This document shows positions 50,726 to 60,760 of a DNA stretch of 64,000 bases, one piece after another; positions within the stretch are counted from its first letter, which is position 1, and the number at the start of each line of letters is the position of its first letter. Position numbers and translations under genes: made by a program. The stretch is from Pirellulales bacterium (GTDB lineage: Bacteria > Planctomycetota > Planctomycetia > Pirellulales > PALSA-1355), in contig CAVTBU010000007.1 in the NCBI GenBank assembly GCA_963733035.1, forward strand, positions 576,001-640,000, in the 5' to 3' direction. Under the pieces are notes generated by a model. It did no database searches. It saw only the letters and a list, made by a program, of their open reading frames with translations, and was not told where the DNA came from.

Positions 50726-51877
50726 CTACTTGGACTTTGGCACCAGGCGATCGGCCTCGGGTGCGCTTCCCAGCTTGACGTTGAGATGAATCTGTTTTTG
50801 ATCCCGCAGGATGACCAGTGGAACCTCGCGATTGGCTTCCGTCATGCCGACAAGATTGATCAAATGGTCATCGTCGTCGACCGGCACGCCAGCGAATTCC
50901 AGCACCACGTCGCCAACTTTCAGGTGCACGGACTCGGCCGGTGAACCAGGCACGACGCCGGAAATCCTCGCCCCGCGAGGACGATTCAGGCCGACGCTGA
51001 CGGCCATGGCGGAATCGAATTTGCGATCCAGCTGGACGCCCAATAGAGCGCGGGCGACGCTATTGTTTTCCACCAATTGTTTGGCCACAAACACGACCAT
51101 GTTACTGGGAATGGAAAACCCGATGCCCTCGTTGTGACCGGAACTGGAGGCAATCGCCGTGTTCATGCCAATCACTTCACCGCGAAGGTTGATCAGCGGT
51201 CCACCGCTATTGCCGGGATTGATCGCGGCGTCGGTTTGCAGAAAGTCCTGAAACTTCACATCTTCCGAGAGGATAAGGTCTCGGCGGCCTGTCGCGCTGA
51301 TGATGCCGAACGTGATCGAATGACTCAACCCGAACGGGCTCCCGACCGCAAGTACGAAATCGCCGATTTCCAGGTTGTCGCTGTCGCCGAATTTGACCGG
51401 TACCAGCCCCGAGGCATTCACGGCCATCACGGCAATGTCCGTATACGGGTCGTCCCATACACGAATCGGATTGAGCTGCCGGCCGTCGGCCAAACGAATC
51501 TTGATATCCTCGTTCTTGGCGGACTTGATGACATGCCGATTGGTAAGGACGTAGTCGTGCCCGTTGATCCGTGCGATGTAACCGCTGCCGGCTTCCTCGA
51601 CATGGTTTTTGCGGCCATATTGGCCCGGAGAGCTGTCGATCTTATCCGCTTCGATATGCACGACAGTGGGACGGACGAGCCGCACCACCATCTTCAGTAC
51701 GTTGCTTTGACGCTCAAGTGCTGTCGTTTCCCGGGCTAGCGCGTCGTACATCTTGGCTCGAACAGCCTCGCTGCGCTGCTGGTCCTGGGTGTCCTGTGCG
51801 CGAGCCGGGGAGACAAAAAGCAGGCCGACGACGGCGGCCATGATACCCAAGAAATGCAAGCAGCTCAGGGGGTTCAT
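50726..51877 (-). CDS. HtrA/DegP-like trypsin serine protease with a PDZ domain
   Basis: TNRHV, DIAV and QTDAAINPGNSGG; one PDZ domain; signal peptide. Confidence 0.93.
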   Translation of the reverse strand: MNPLSCLHFLGIMAAVVGLLFVSPARAQDTQDQQRSEAVRAKMYDALARETTALERQSNVLKMVVRLVRPTVVHIEADKIDSSPGQYGRKNHVEEAGSGYIARINGHDYVLTNRHVIKSAKNEDIKIRLADGRQLNPIRVWDDPYTDIAVMAVNASGLVPVKFGDSDNLEIGDFVLAVGSPFGLSHSITFGIISATGRRDLILSEDVKFQDFLQTDAAINPGNSGGPLINLRGEVIGMNTAIASSSGHNEGIGFSIPSNMVVFVAKQLVENNSVARALLGVQLDRKFDSAMAVSVGLNRPRGARISGVVPGSPAESVHLKVGDVVLEFAGVPVDDDDHLINLVGMTEANREVPLVILRDQKQIHLNVKLGSAPEADRLVPKSK

Positions 51878-52021
51878 TCCGGTTTGCTCCGGCGGAAAGG
51901 GCATACCCAACTCGGGCGCAAAATCACTAGGATAACTCAGCTTGTACGATAAGCGGGAGACGGAAGATTAGCAACCAGTACCCTCGCCGGACTTATGGGT
52001 TTGCCCATCCGCCCTCGCATT

Positions 52022-52062
52022 AAAAAAAGATGCACTGACGGTCTGGTTCCCGCCAGTGCATC
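52022..52062 (-). terminator. Intrinsic terminator of the dksA-family gene
   Basis: Stem gatgcactgacgg...ccgccagtgcatc with an A7 run on the left, which is a U-tract on the minus strand. Confidence 0.8.
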
Positions 52063-52091
52063 AGGTTAGACGACTCATTTGACGGCGTGGG

Positions 52092-52535
52092 CTACACGTC
52101 GATTTCAATATCGTTGATCGAGACGTCGTTGTCGCTGCCGGCATCGAGTACGCGGCCCCAGTCGGCATTTCCGCCGCCGGCACCCCCGAAACGCTCTTGC
52201 TCGCGCTGGCAATTGATGCACAGCGTGGCATAGGGTAACGCGTTCAGCCGCGCCATGGGGATCGAGCAGCCGCAGCCTTCGCAGACCCCGTATTGACCTT
52301 CTCGCATTCGCTCCAAGGCATTTTCGATAGAGGCCAATTCACGGCTTTCCACTTCAGCCAGCTGTGAACTGATTTCGTCCTGCGCCGAGTCGAGAGCTGC
52401 ATCGACCACGTCACCGGCCGTCTGCGCCCGCAGTTCCTTCAATAAGCTCAAGTCACCCGCCAACGCCGTGCGGAGCGCGTCGCGGCGCATGATCAAGATT
52501 TGGCGCATGCTCAGGATTGCGTCTTTGCGTGCCAT
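52092..52535 (-). CDS. dksA: TraR/DksA family C4 zinc-finger protein
   Basis: Coiled coil with GDVVDAA; YGVCEGCG..I...RL.ALP.A.LCINCQ. Confidence 0.88.
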   Translation of the reverse strand: MARKDAILSMRQILIMRRDALRTALAGDLSLLKELRAQTAGDVVDAALDSAQDEISSQLAEVESRELASIENALERMREGQYGVCEGCGCSIPMARLNALPYATLCINCQREQERFGGAGGGNADWGRVLDAGSDNDVSINDIEIDV

Positions 52536-53165
52536 TTTCCTTCACCTTCTATGTCCGGATGTCTGTTGCGGCCGAAGGTTAGGCCCCCCGGCAAGCCGCT
52601 GCCAACTTCTCGGAAGTTTCGGTTTAAAAACACAACTTACAACACCTAGGCCGGCTGCGAGTCTTTGTGATTCGCAGCCAAACTATAGTACGCATCAAGT
52701 TCGACCGGGGTCACAAAATTCGGAAGAGTTTTTTGTCGTCATGGACGCGCGAACGATTCTTCCAGCACCCCGGCAAAAGTCAAGCTACCCAAGGCCTTTA
52801 CGGCCGGCACCAGCGTCGCCCCTACCAGCCGGTCGGTCAACTCTTGGGACGGACAGTTGCGCGATCCGGCATCCCACCTGCGGGAAGCGTTTTTTGCTTG
52901 ACCGTTTGGGTCCTCGGTGACACTGACCTGTGCTACCCGATAATCGACACAATCGGCCCAGATATACAGCCGATCTTCGCAAATCGCTAAAACCGCGCTG
53001 GCCGCCCCGCTGTCGTCCGATTCGGCGCGGTTTGACCACAGACTGACGGTAACCTACATGTCCTCGGTGTGTTCCGTTGTGCGCCGCAGTGGCGGCCCAC
53101 GGGCTTTAAGGGCCGATCCATAGCTCGGTGTGTCGCGTCCCAACTTCGCATGGTGGGAGTAAACC

Positions 53166-55853
53166 ATGGTTTTTGTCGCTAGCAAGGATTGTTCCCGCTT
53201 CGTGCAAGGTTCGCCAGCCGGCGAACTGAGGCTACGCGTGGTTGGCTCGGCGCGCGATGGCCAAATCGTCGAACTCAAATCCCCGAAATGCGCGATCGGC
53301 TCGGCCCGCGGGTGCACTCTGCGACTGGTGGCACGGGGCGTCCGACCGGTTCACTGCCTGATCTTGCGCGGAACCAAGGGGACGGTCGCCCGGTCGTGGG
53401 CTCCCAACACCGAAATCAATGGCCAGGTTTTCCGCGACTCCCTACTGCAAGTTGGCGATCGTCTCTCGATTGGACCGGTCGAGTTTGAGGTCCTGCCGGC
53501 TAAGGGGGGCCCCCCGCCGGACCCTACCGATGCCGGTCGTACGGTCGTTCTTGATCGTCGGCCGGCTGGCAGCAATCCGCGTCGTACTCCGCGGGAAGGG
53601 AGACCGGCTCGGGACTCGCGGCGGCGCGCCCAGGTGCGAGCACTGATCAAGGAGGTCCGCCGGCTCCGGTCGGAGACCGATCGGCTGTCGATGCATCCTC
53701 CTCGACCGCTCGAACAGGCGCCCACCGAGGAATCGACTCGAGAGCTGCACGAGAAACTGGAAGTCTACAAACAGCAGCATGAGTTGTGGGAAACAACACT
53801 ACAGGACTTGCACAATGAGTTGGACTCTCGCCAGCGTCAATTGACCGAACTTGCCACCGAGCTCGAGTCCACTCGCCAATCTTTCACCGTTGAACGACAG
53901 CAGCGGGAGGCCGACCTGGATGCCATGCGTGGCGAACTGGCCGTAGAGCGTGACGCTTGTCGGCGAGCCAAGGAAGCAACTCAGTCCGCCCAATCCGCTC
54001 GCGAACAGGCAAAGCTGGCCGCTGAATCGGACCTGGAAGAGTTACGTCGGCGTTTGGCACAACGAGAGTCCGAGCTGGCAGCGGCCCAGGATTGCCAAAG
54101 GAACTCAGCCGGCCAATTGCGGGAATTGGAACTGCGGGCCGAGGGGCTTGACCAGCGATCGCTGGAACTGGATCGTTTGCAGACGGAATGCCGTCAGGCG
54201 CAGGTTGCGAACCAACTTGTTGCCGAGGAGCTAACCCAGGCCCGGACGGACTTCGAAGCACAACAAGCCGAGGCGTGGCGAGAGCTGGAGCGGCAGCGAG
54301 CGGAGGCTGCCGCGCTGGAGCTAACGCATCAAGAAAAGCTTTCCGAAGCACAGGGCCGCTCGGAATCGCTGGTGACAGCCGAGCGCGAACTGAGTGAACG
54401 CCAAGCCGTTCTCGCCGAGGCGGAAGCCCACTTGCGGCACGAACGTCAGAAGCTGGCCGAAGAACGTGCCGCACAGCGAGCGGCGTTGGAACAAGCCGGA
54501 GAATCGCTGAATCGTCAGACAATTGAATTGCAGGAACTACAAGGCGCCTTGGCGGCCCAGACGGCAAGTCTCCATACGGCTCCTTCCGAACTATCGCCAG
54601 ACGTCTCGCAAGAGTTGGCTACCCGCCGCGCCGAACTCGACCAGCAATTCGAGGCGTTTGCCTGTCAACGTAGTGAGTGGGAGGCTGCATTTGCCACGCG
54701 GACGGAGCAGTTTGAAAATGCCCAGCGGGCTTTCCAAATTGAACGTCACCAATTCGAAACGGAGCGTCAGTGCCAAGAGCACGATTTTCAAGAGCGCGTG
54801 CGCGATTTCGAAGCTAGTCAACAGCAATTCGTCGCTAAACAGGCAGCCGACGTGAACGCGACGGCTGAAGGCACCGCGCGGGAACGTCAACTGCTTGATC
54901 AACAACGTACCGAGCTTGAGCAGGCGCGGGCTGAGCTCGACAGGGAGCGAGAGACTTTCGAGGCTTTGCGACGTGAGTCGTCGGACCGGTTTGACGAAGA
55001 GGCAAAGCGGCTTGAACTTGAGCGTCAGGAATTGGCGGCCGAACGCAGCGATTTCGAAGCCCACCGGCAAGCGACTCCGTGCCGCAGCGAGGAATTGACG
55101 CCGACCGGGGACGAGCATGGACTGGCGGAAGTTGACGATTCCTTGACGCGCGGACCGGCACGCTCGTCGCCGGCGATTGAGGAGGCCGTCTGCGATGATG
55201 CAAGCGATACGGAAACCGCGCGATACTTGCCACCCGTCGACGACGAAGAGTCGGTCGAGCAATATATGGCAGCACTCTTGCAGCGCATGCGGGGCGGCTC
55301 ATCTGGCACACCCAACGCACCCGTCGCCACGGAAGGTGATTGCAAGGCGAATACCAACGTGCCACGGTCTGCGCTTGCCGCAGCCCCAACCGATCCGCAA
55401 CCGGCGGAACCAGAACCGGAGTCTCCCGTTCTTGAACTACCGGCACCTCCCAAGGAACTGGAACGTCGTAAGTCTGTCGAAGCGACGACGAGCCTCAACG
55501 TCCTTCGTGAGATCGGTCTGACGCATGCCCGCAGCGCGATTGAGACGCACGGTCAGCAGAGTTCTTTGCGGCAGGCATACGGCACGCTGGCAACGAGCAT
55601 TTTCTGCTTCGTGGCAGCGGTGCTTGTGTTCTACTTTGGTGCCGACCGAGCAACTAACATGACCGCCACCAGCATTGTCGTGATTGGCATTTTCTGGATG
55701 GGGTCGAGCATCTGGGCCGTCCGAAAGGTGGTCACCTCGATGCGGAAGAAGCGCAGCGGTCTGCGATCCATGATGGAAGAGATCGAGGCCGAAATTGCGT
55801 TGCTCGAGCAAGAGCGGGCCGAAGCCGAAAGGAACGGCAGCCAAAATGGCTAG
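53166..55853 (+). CDS. Degenerate-FHA, long coiled-coil protein with a C-terminal membrane hairpin
   Basis: FHA-like N-terminus (IGS...VHCLI...ING...L.VGDRL.IG), about 450 aa of E/Q/R/L/A heptads, and two transmembrane helices near the C-terminus. Confidence 0.75.
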   Translation: MVFVASKDCSRFVQGSPAGELRLRVVGSARDGQIVELKSPKCAIGSARGCTLRLVARGVRPVHCLILRGTKGTVARSWAPNTEINGQVFRDSLLQVGDRLSIGPVEFEVLPAKGGPPPDPTDAGRTVVLDRRPAGSNPRRTPREGRPARDSRRRAQVRALIKEVRRLRSETDRLSMHPPRPLEQAPTEESTRELHEKLEVYKQQHELWETTLQDLHNELDSRQRQLTELATELESTRQSFTVERQQREADLDAMRGELAVERDACRRAKEATQSAQSAREQAKLAAESDLEELRRRLAQRESELAAAQDCQRNSAGQLRELELRAEGLDQRSLELDRLQTECRQAQVANQLVAEELTQARTDFEAQQAEAWRELERQRAEAAALELTHQEKLSEAQGRSESLVTAERELSERQAVLAEAEAHLRHERQKLAEERAAQRAALEQAGESLNRQTIELQELQGALAAQTASLHTAPSELSPDVSQELATRRAELDQQFEAFACQRSEWEAAFATRTEQFENAQRAFQIERHQFETERQCQEHDFQERVRDFEASQQQFVAKQAADVNATAEGTARERQLLDQQRTELEQARAELDRERETFEALRRESSDRFDEEAKRLELERQELAAERSDFEAHRQATPCRSEELTPTGDEHGLAEVDDSLTRGPARSSPAIEEAVCDDASDTETARYLPPVDDEESVEQYMAALLQRMRGGSSGTPNAPVATEGDCKANTNVPRSALAAAPTDPQPAEPEPESPVLELPAPPKELERRKSVEATTSLNVLREIGLTHARSAIETHGQQSSLRQAYGTLATSIFCFVAAVLVFYFGADRATNMTATSIVVIGIFWMGSSIWAVRKVVTSMRKKRSGLRSMMEEIEAEIALLEQERAEAERNGSQNG

Positions 55854-55856
55854 GTG

Positions 55857-56870
55857 CTAGAATCCTCGGGCGGCGACGATATCTTCGAAGTCGCGAAGGT
55901 GGTAGTCAATCTGGCAGAAATCGAGCACGCGGCAGAGCGACCGCAAGGCTACTCCCATGCCGTCGGGGCCGCTAAAGCCGCCATACTGCCCGCCCGCTTT
56001 TACGTGCGGTTCGAGATCGAGGAACACTCCGGGAATTCCCCTCCTCCTGAGCTTGGCATCGAGCTTGGGTAGCATCTCGCGGAGTTCCTTGAAGATCATT
56101 TCGTGGCCGCTGTCGCCGAGGTCTGCTGGCACGAAGTGTTTTAGCGTCTCTTCGTCGATGTGCGACTCCCGCTTGGCCGGTTGCGGATGGCGATAGTCCT
56201 TGATGTGCATCCAACCTAGCCCCGCCTTCATGAAGCGAAACTGTTCGAGCACTTCTGCCGCAGTGTAACCCTGGCAAGTGAGGTTTCCGGCGTCGAAGAT
56301 CAACACGAGTGCCGGATTCTTCACCTGGCGATGGATAGCCGCCAGGATCTCGCCGTTTTGACCGACCAAATTGGCTTCTAATTCGACGCCGTAGGTTAAG
56401 TCGCTTCGCAGGCACGTTTCGGCGACTTGGCCCAGCTGGTCAACTACCTGCGGCAGGTGTGCCCAGGGATCGCTGCCTTTGGGATGATAGAACGAAAAGC
56501 CGCGGATCAGTTTGGTTTCGAAGGCGTGAGCCATGTCGCAGGCCTTTTTCACGTCCTTTTCGAGGTATTTCTTAAACGGCACGTAGGCATTCTTAGTTCC
56601 GTCGTCAATGTCGAGAAGCTTCGTCTTTCCCAGTGGTGAACCGATTGAGGCAACGTTGAGCCCGTACTCGTCCTCCAAATGGCGGATGGTTTGGATCTCG
56701 CCCTTGCTGAGCTTCATCACGTTCTTGATACCGTCACCGGCGTCGATGAACCGCAGGCTGTAATACTGCAGTCCAATGGCGGCCATCGCGGCGAATTGCT
56801 GCACGGCCGTTTTCTGATTAGCCGCTTCGTCGCCAAATCCGCTGAGTGTGACCTGAGTATTTTTCGTCAT
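55857..56870 (-). CDS. Sugar phosphate isomerase/epimerase family (xylose isomerase-like TIM barrel)
   Basis: SGFGDEAA, IGSP.GK, IRGFSFY, ELE, FDAGN, HIKD and LEPH. Confidence 0.85.
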   Translation of the reverse strand: MTKNTQVTLSGFGDEAANQKTAVQQFAAMAAIGLQYYSLRFIDAGDGIKNVMKLSKGEIQTIRHLEDEYGLNVASIGSPLGKTKLLDIDDGTKNAYVPFKKYLEKDVKKACDMAHAFETKLIRGFSFYHPKGSDPWAHLPQVVDQLGQVAETCLRSDLTYGVELEANLVGQNGEILAAIHRQVKNPALVLIFDAGNLTCQGYTAAEVLEQFRFMKAGLGWMHIKDYRHPQPAKRESHIDEETLKHFVPADLGDSGHEMIFKELREMLPKLDAKLRRRGIPGVFLDLEPHVKAGGQYGGFSGPDGMGVALRSLCRVLDFCQIDYHLRDFEDIVAARGF

Positions 56871-57504
56871 GACACCATCCGAAGACTGAGGGAATGCGGG
56901 TTGGTAGGTATCGCCCCGCGAGGACAAGTCTGGCCGACGGGCAAGAGGCACATTGTGGCGCGACGCGGCGGCTCGTGACAAGGGGCCAAGTCCGTCGATT
57001 TTCTACATCCATCTGGTATTTGCCGCGGTAGAACGCTTCGAAGATGCTGAAACGACAAAGTTGATTTTGATTCAGGAGACTTTGGGGATGTTGCGATGTG
57101 TTTGGCCGACGCGCCGCTCGGTGATTGAATGGATCCCGATAACAACGGTTGTGTCATCGGCCGTAGCGACGGCGCATGATGCGTTCGACCTGGTGGCGTA
57201 CTGGTCGCACTTCGGCGGGCGTAATTGCGCATGGCATATGCCTCAATCCGCAAAGAACGGGTGCTTATGATCCTTGGCCAGCCGGCGGCCACTGCAACGT
57301 CGGTGGCGATTGACAGAGAAATTGCCGTGCAGGACGTCGACTGCGGCAATCTCCGCCGACAACTGCTTACTGATGGCCACGTGTTGTAGTAGGCCGCTCG
57401 CAAGCCGGCTCCTCGCGCGAATTCCGCGCCCAAGTAGATTGGACAATCGTTGTGCGCGATCCAGCTATGGATGCTTGGGACACGGGACGTTATCTTGGGT
57501 GGCT

Positions 57505-58805
57505 ATGAGTAGTACCGCCAAGAATTCCACGTCTCCAGCCGAGATACGCCGCCTACGGGCGGGTATGGTCGGGATGGGCATGATCTTTGACGAGACGTAT
57601 CGGCCCTTCTTTGAGACGGTGCGCCGGCAGCCGCTTTACGAGCCCGGTGTCGGCGTCTGCCAGGTCGAGCTCGCCGCGGTTGGCAGTCGCACCGGCAAGC
57701 GGGCCGAGGCCTATCGTCAGTCAGCCGGAGGGTGCATCGGCGACTTCCAAAGCTTTACGGAACCGCGAAGCATGGAACAAATGCTGGCCTGCGGCGTCGA
57801 TTTCGTCTGCGTGGCCACACCCGATGATCGGCATTTCGAGGCTGCCAAGGCCGCGATCGAAGCCGGCAAGCATGTGCTGGTCGAGAAACCGTCAGTGCTA
57901 TCGCTGGCGGAACTCGATGAGTTGGCATTTCTAGCTAAAAAACACGAGGTCTTGACCAAGGTTGTCTATCACAAACTGCTCGATCCAGACCATAAGAAGC
58001 TGCGCACGTTGGTCGCTGACGGTGTGCTCCGGCATGTTAACAACGGCTATTGCACGCTGCTCGAGCCGAAAACGATTTCTGGAAGTCAGTTCGCCGAATG
58101 GATCACTGGCCGCAATCCCGGCACTTACGTCGCCGTGCACTACATAAAGCTGATCGATTTCACATTCGGCGGCCGACTCAAGTCCGTGCAGTGTACCGGG
58201 CAGCGCGGCTTGGTCGGTCCGGTCGACGGTCCGACCTGGGATTCGACCCAATTGCGGATGATCTATCTCTACGACGACGGTCGCGAGGCCGCTTTCGACA
58301 TTCACACGTCCTGGGTGACGCCAGACAACTTTCCCGGTTACGTCGAGCAGGAAGTGCAGTTCCGCTTTGATAATGGCGTGTGGAACGGTCACAGCCGTAA
58401 GCGCGGAGTCGAATTGACCGTCGAAGGCCGCACGCCAATGGAAATCAAGAATACGATCAACAACCACTACAACGGGACGTTTCTCGAACCCTGGGCGCCC
58501 GCTCACAACGCGGGTACGGAATTGAGGTGCTCGAGCGTTTCGTCCGCGAAGTGGCCCAGGTCGAATTCGGTGGCTCTAAGAGTGATCGACCGCAGCGTTT
58601 GGCCGCAGCGCGAACCCTGCACTACAACGACCTGTCTGCCGATCGTCAGACCGTGGCCACGGTGCAGGCGATGGAGGCCATTTTGGCCTGCCATGCAGCT
58701 GGCCTGCGCAACTGCCTGGTGAACATCAACGATAAGCATGGCGGTTTGGTGCTTTACCAACCGGGTTCGACCGAGCCTGAGATCCTCTATCAACCCGAGG
58801 TGTAA
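57505..58805 (+). CDS. Gfo/Idh/MocA family oxidoreductase (frameshift in a G-run near 58493)
   Basis: GMVGMGMI, VATPDDRH and HVLVEKP. It continues as WGARSQRGYGIEVLERF into ORF 58527..58805. Confidence 0.88.
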
Positions 58806-58863
58806 ATCTCGCTGGGTCGGTGCTCCCGCCACAGGCGTGCCTGCCGCGAGTCGAAAACGTGAC

Positions 58864-60255
58864 ATGAAACAGAACGTTCCCTCCCCTGCCCCGATTCAGC
58901 ATCCCGGCGAAGACGCTTCGAACGATCTTCGGCGCCGACTAGCCGCCGTTGAGCCGATTGCCCAGCGAACCTACACGCCCAGTCTGGCCGTGCTCGCCCA
59001 AAGCGAGGGCTGCTACCACTATACGCCCGAGGGGCGCAAGCTGGCCGACTTTACATCGGGAGTCTTGGTGGCCAACTTGGGGCACAACCCAACCCGCTGG
59101 TGGCGGCGCGTGCTGGATTATCTTGAACTTGGCCAAATATCGAGCCACGGGGAGTTTTTTCGAGCTGTCACACTCACATCTTACAACGCCGTGGTACCGC
59201 TCGAAGTACAGGCCGCCGAACGCTTGCTCGAGAACTTGCGTAGCCAGCCGGGCGGATCGCGCATGGAGCAAGTCCTCTGGGCCGCCACCGGTAGCGAAGC
59301 TGTGCAGAAGGCCCTTTGGGCCGCGCTCGACCGCCGGCCAGGCGCCAACGTGATATTGGCGACGCGGCACGGCTTTCATGGCAAGAAGGGACTCGCCGGT
59401 GCCGTAACTGGCTCGGAACGCGATGCGGAACGCGATCCGCGTGTCCGCTTCATTAGTTTCCCAACCGCCGAGTGCGAAAGCATCGAAGCCCGCAAGAAGA
59501 GACTCGACCTGGAGCCCTATCGCAAGGAACTGGAAGCTCTGGCGGCGGAGCATCCCGGTAAAATCGCCTGTCTGATCACCGAGCCCTATCTTGGCGGCGG
59601 TGGTTCCTATCACCCGCAGCCCGAGTACTTGCAATTGCTGGAGAAGTTTTGTCGCGAGCACGACATCGTATTCATCCTCGATGAAGTGCAGGCCAACTTT
59701 GGCCGGACGGGCCAGATGTACGCCTTCACGCACTACGGCGTGGAGCCCGATATCGTCATTCTCGGCAAGGGACTCGGCAACGGCGTGCCGGTCGATGCGG
59801 CCGTAGGCCGGGCCGACATCTTTGCGGCGATGCATTATGGCGAGGGGTCGGACACCTGGAGTGCGTCGCCGCTTGGTTGTGCGGCCGTGTTGGCGACGCT
59901 CGACGAGTTTGACGCGTCCGACGTCATGCGACATGCCCGGCAACTGTCGGGCGTCATCGAACGAGGGCTGTGCCGATTGGCGGAGCTCGGCTGCGTTGCC
60001 AATGTGCGTGGTGAAGGGCTCGTGTGGGGCGTCGAACTGGCCGCTATCGGCGATCAGCCCGCCGAAAACGTGGCGAACGCTTGTGTGGAGGCTTGCTATC
60101 GGGGCGACGCTTCGGGCCGGGCCATTCATCTGCTCGGTCCCCTGGCCGGCAAAGTGTTGCGTGTCAGTCCGCCGCTCGTAATGCCGCTCGACGAGGCCCA
60201 ACAGTATTTGGATGCGATGTACGATATTTTTGCAAACCTCCAGCGCTCGCTTTAG
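58864..60255 (+). CDS. Class III PLP-dependent aminotransferase
   Basis: NLGH, TGSEAV, GFHG, EPYLGGGG, DEVQANFGRTG, GKGLGNG (PLP lysine) and VRGEGL. Confidence 0.92.
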   Translation: MKQNVPSPAPIQHPGEDASNDLRRRLAAVEPIAQRTYTPSLAVLAQSEGCYHYTPEGRKLADFTSGVLVANLGHNPTRWWRRVLDYLELGQISSHGEFFRAVTLTSYNAVVPLEVQAAERLLENLRSQPGGSRMEQVLWAATGSEAVQKALWAALDRRPGANVILATRHGFHGKKGLAGAVTGSERDAERDPRVRFISFPTAECESIEARKKRLDLEPYRKELEALAAEHPGKIACLITEPYLGGGGSYHPQPEYLQLLEKFCREHDIVFILDEVQANFGRTGQMYAFTHYGVEPDIVILGKGLGNGVPVDAAVGRADIFAAMHYGEGSDTWSASPLGCAAVLATLDEFDASDVMRHARQLSGVIERGLCRLAELGCVANVRGEGLVWGVELAAIGDQPAENVANACVEACYRGDASGRAIHLLGPLAGKVLRVSPPLVMPLDEAQQYLDAMYDIFANLQRSL

Positions 60256-60267
60256 CGGAACTGCCGG

Positions 60268-60738
60268 ATGGATCCCGACGCGCTCATGCGATTGGCGATT
60301 GATAGGGCCCGCGCGGGGATCGCGGCTGGACAATCGCCGTTTGGATGCGCGATCGCAATGGGAGATCGGGTGTTGGCGGTGGAGCACAACTGCGTGCTCG
60401 CTACCAAGGACATCACGGCCCATGCCGAGATCACGGCTCTTCGCGCCGCGTGTCGCTTGACCGGCGACATCCACTTGCATGGTGCTCAAGTAGCGACGAC
60501 TTGCGAGCCGTGCCCGATGTGCATCGCCGCGTTACACTGGGCTCGTGTCGACACGGTATATTACGGTGCTACGATCGCCGATGCCACTTCCGGCGGTTTC
60601 AACGAACTCGCTATCTCGGCCGCCGAATTGGTGCGACTGGGAAAAAGTCAGGTGCAGGTCGTCGGTGGAACACTGACCGTGGCATGCGTCGATTTGTTCC
60701 GCGAATGGCGGGTTGCCGGCAAGGGACGTCCCTATTGA
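60268..60738 (+). CDS. Nucleoside/nucleobase deaminase (cytidine-deaminase fold, GuaD-like)
   Basis: PFG..I, AHAE..A.R and CEPCPMC. Confidence 0.9.
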   Translation: MDPDALMRLAIDRARAGIAAGQSPFGCAIAMGDRVLAVEHNCVLATKDITAHAEITALRAACRLTGDIHLHGAQVATTCEPCPMCIAALHWARVDTVYYGATIADATSGGFNELAISAAELVRLGKSQVQVVGGTLTVACVDLFREWRVAGKGRPY

Positions 60739-60760
60739 TTTGCCGAGCGATCGTGCGTTC

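Noticed and set aside
56953..57500. ORFs in the 630-nt gap between the TIM-barrel and oxidoreductase genes
   Set aside because: No frame gives convincing protein-like sequence or a ribosome-binding site, so I treated it as intergenic.
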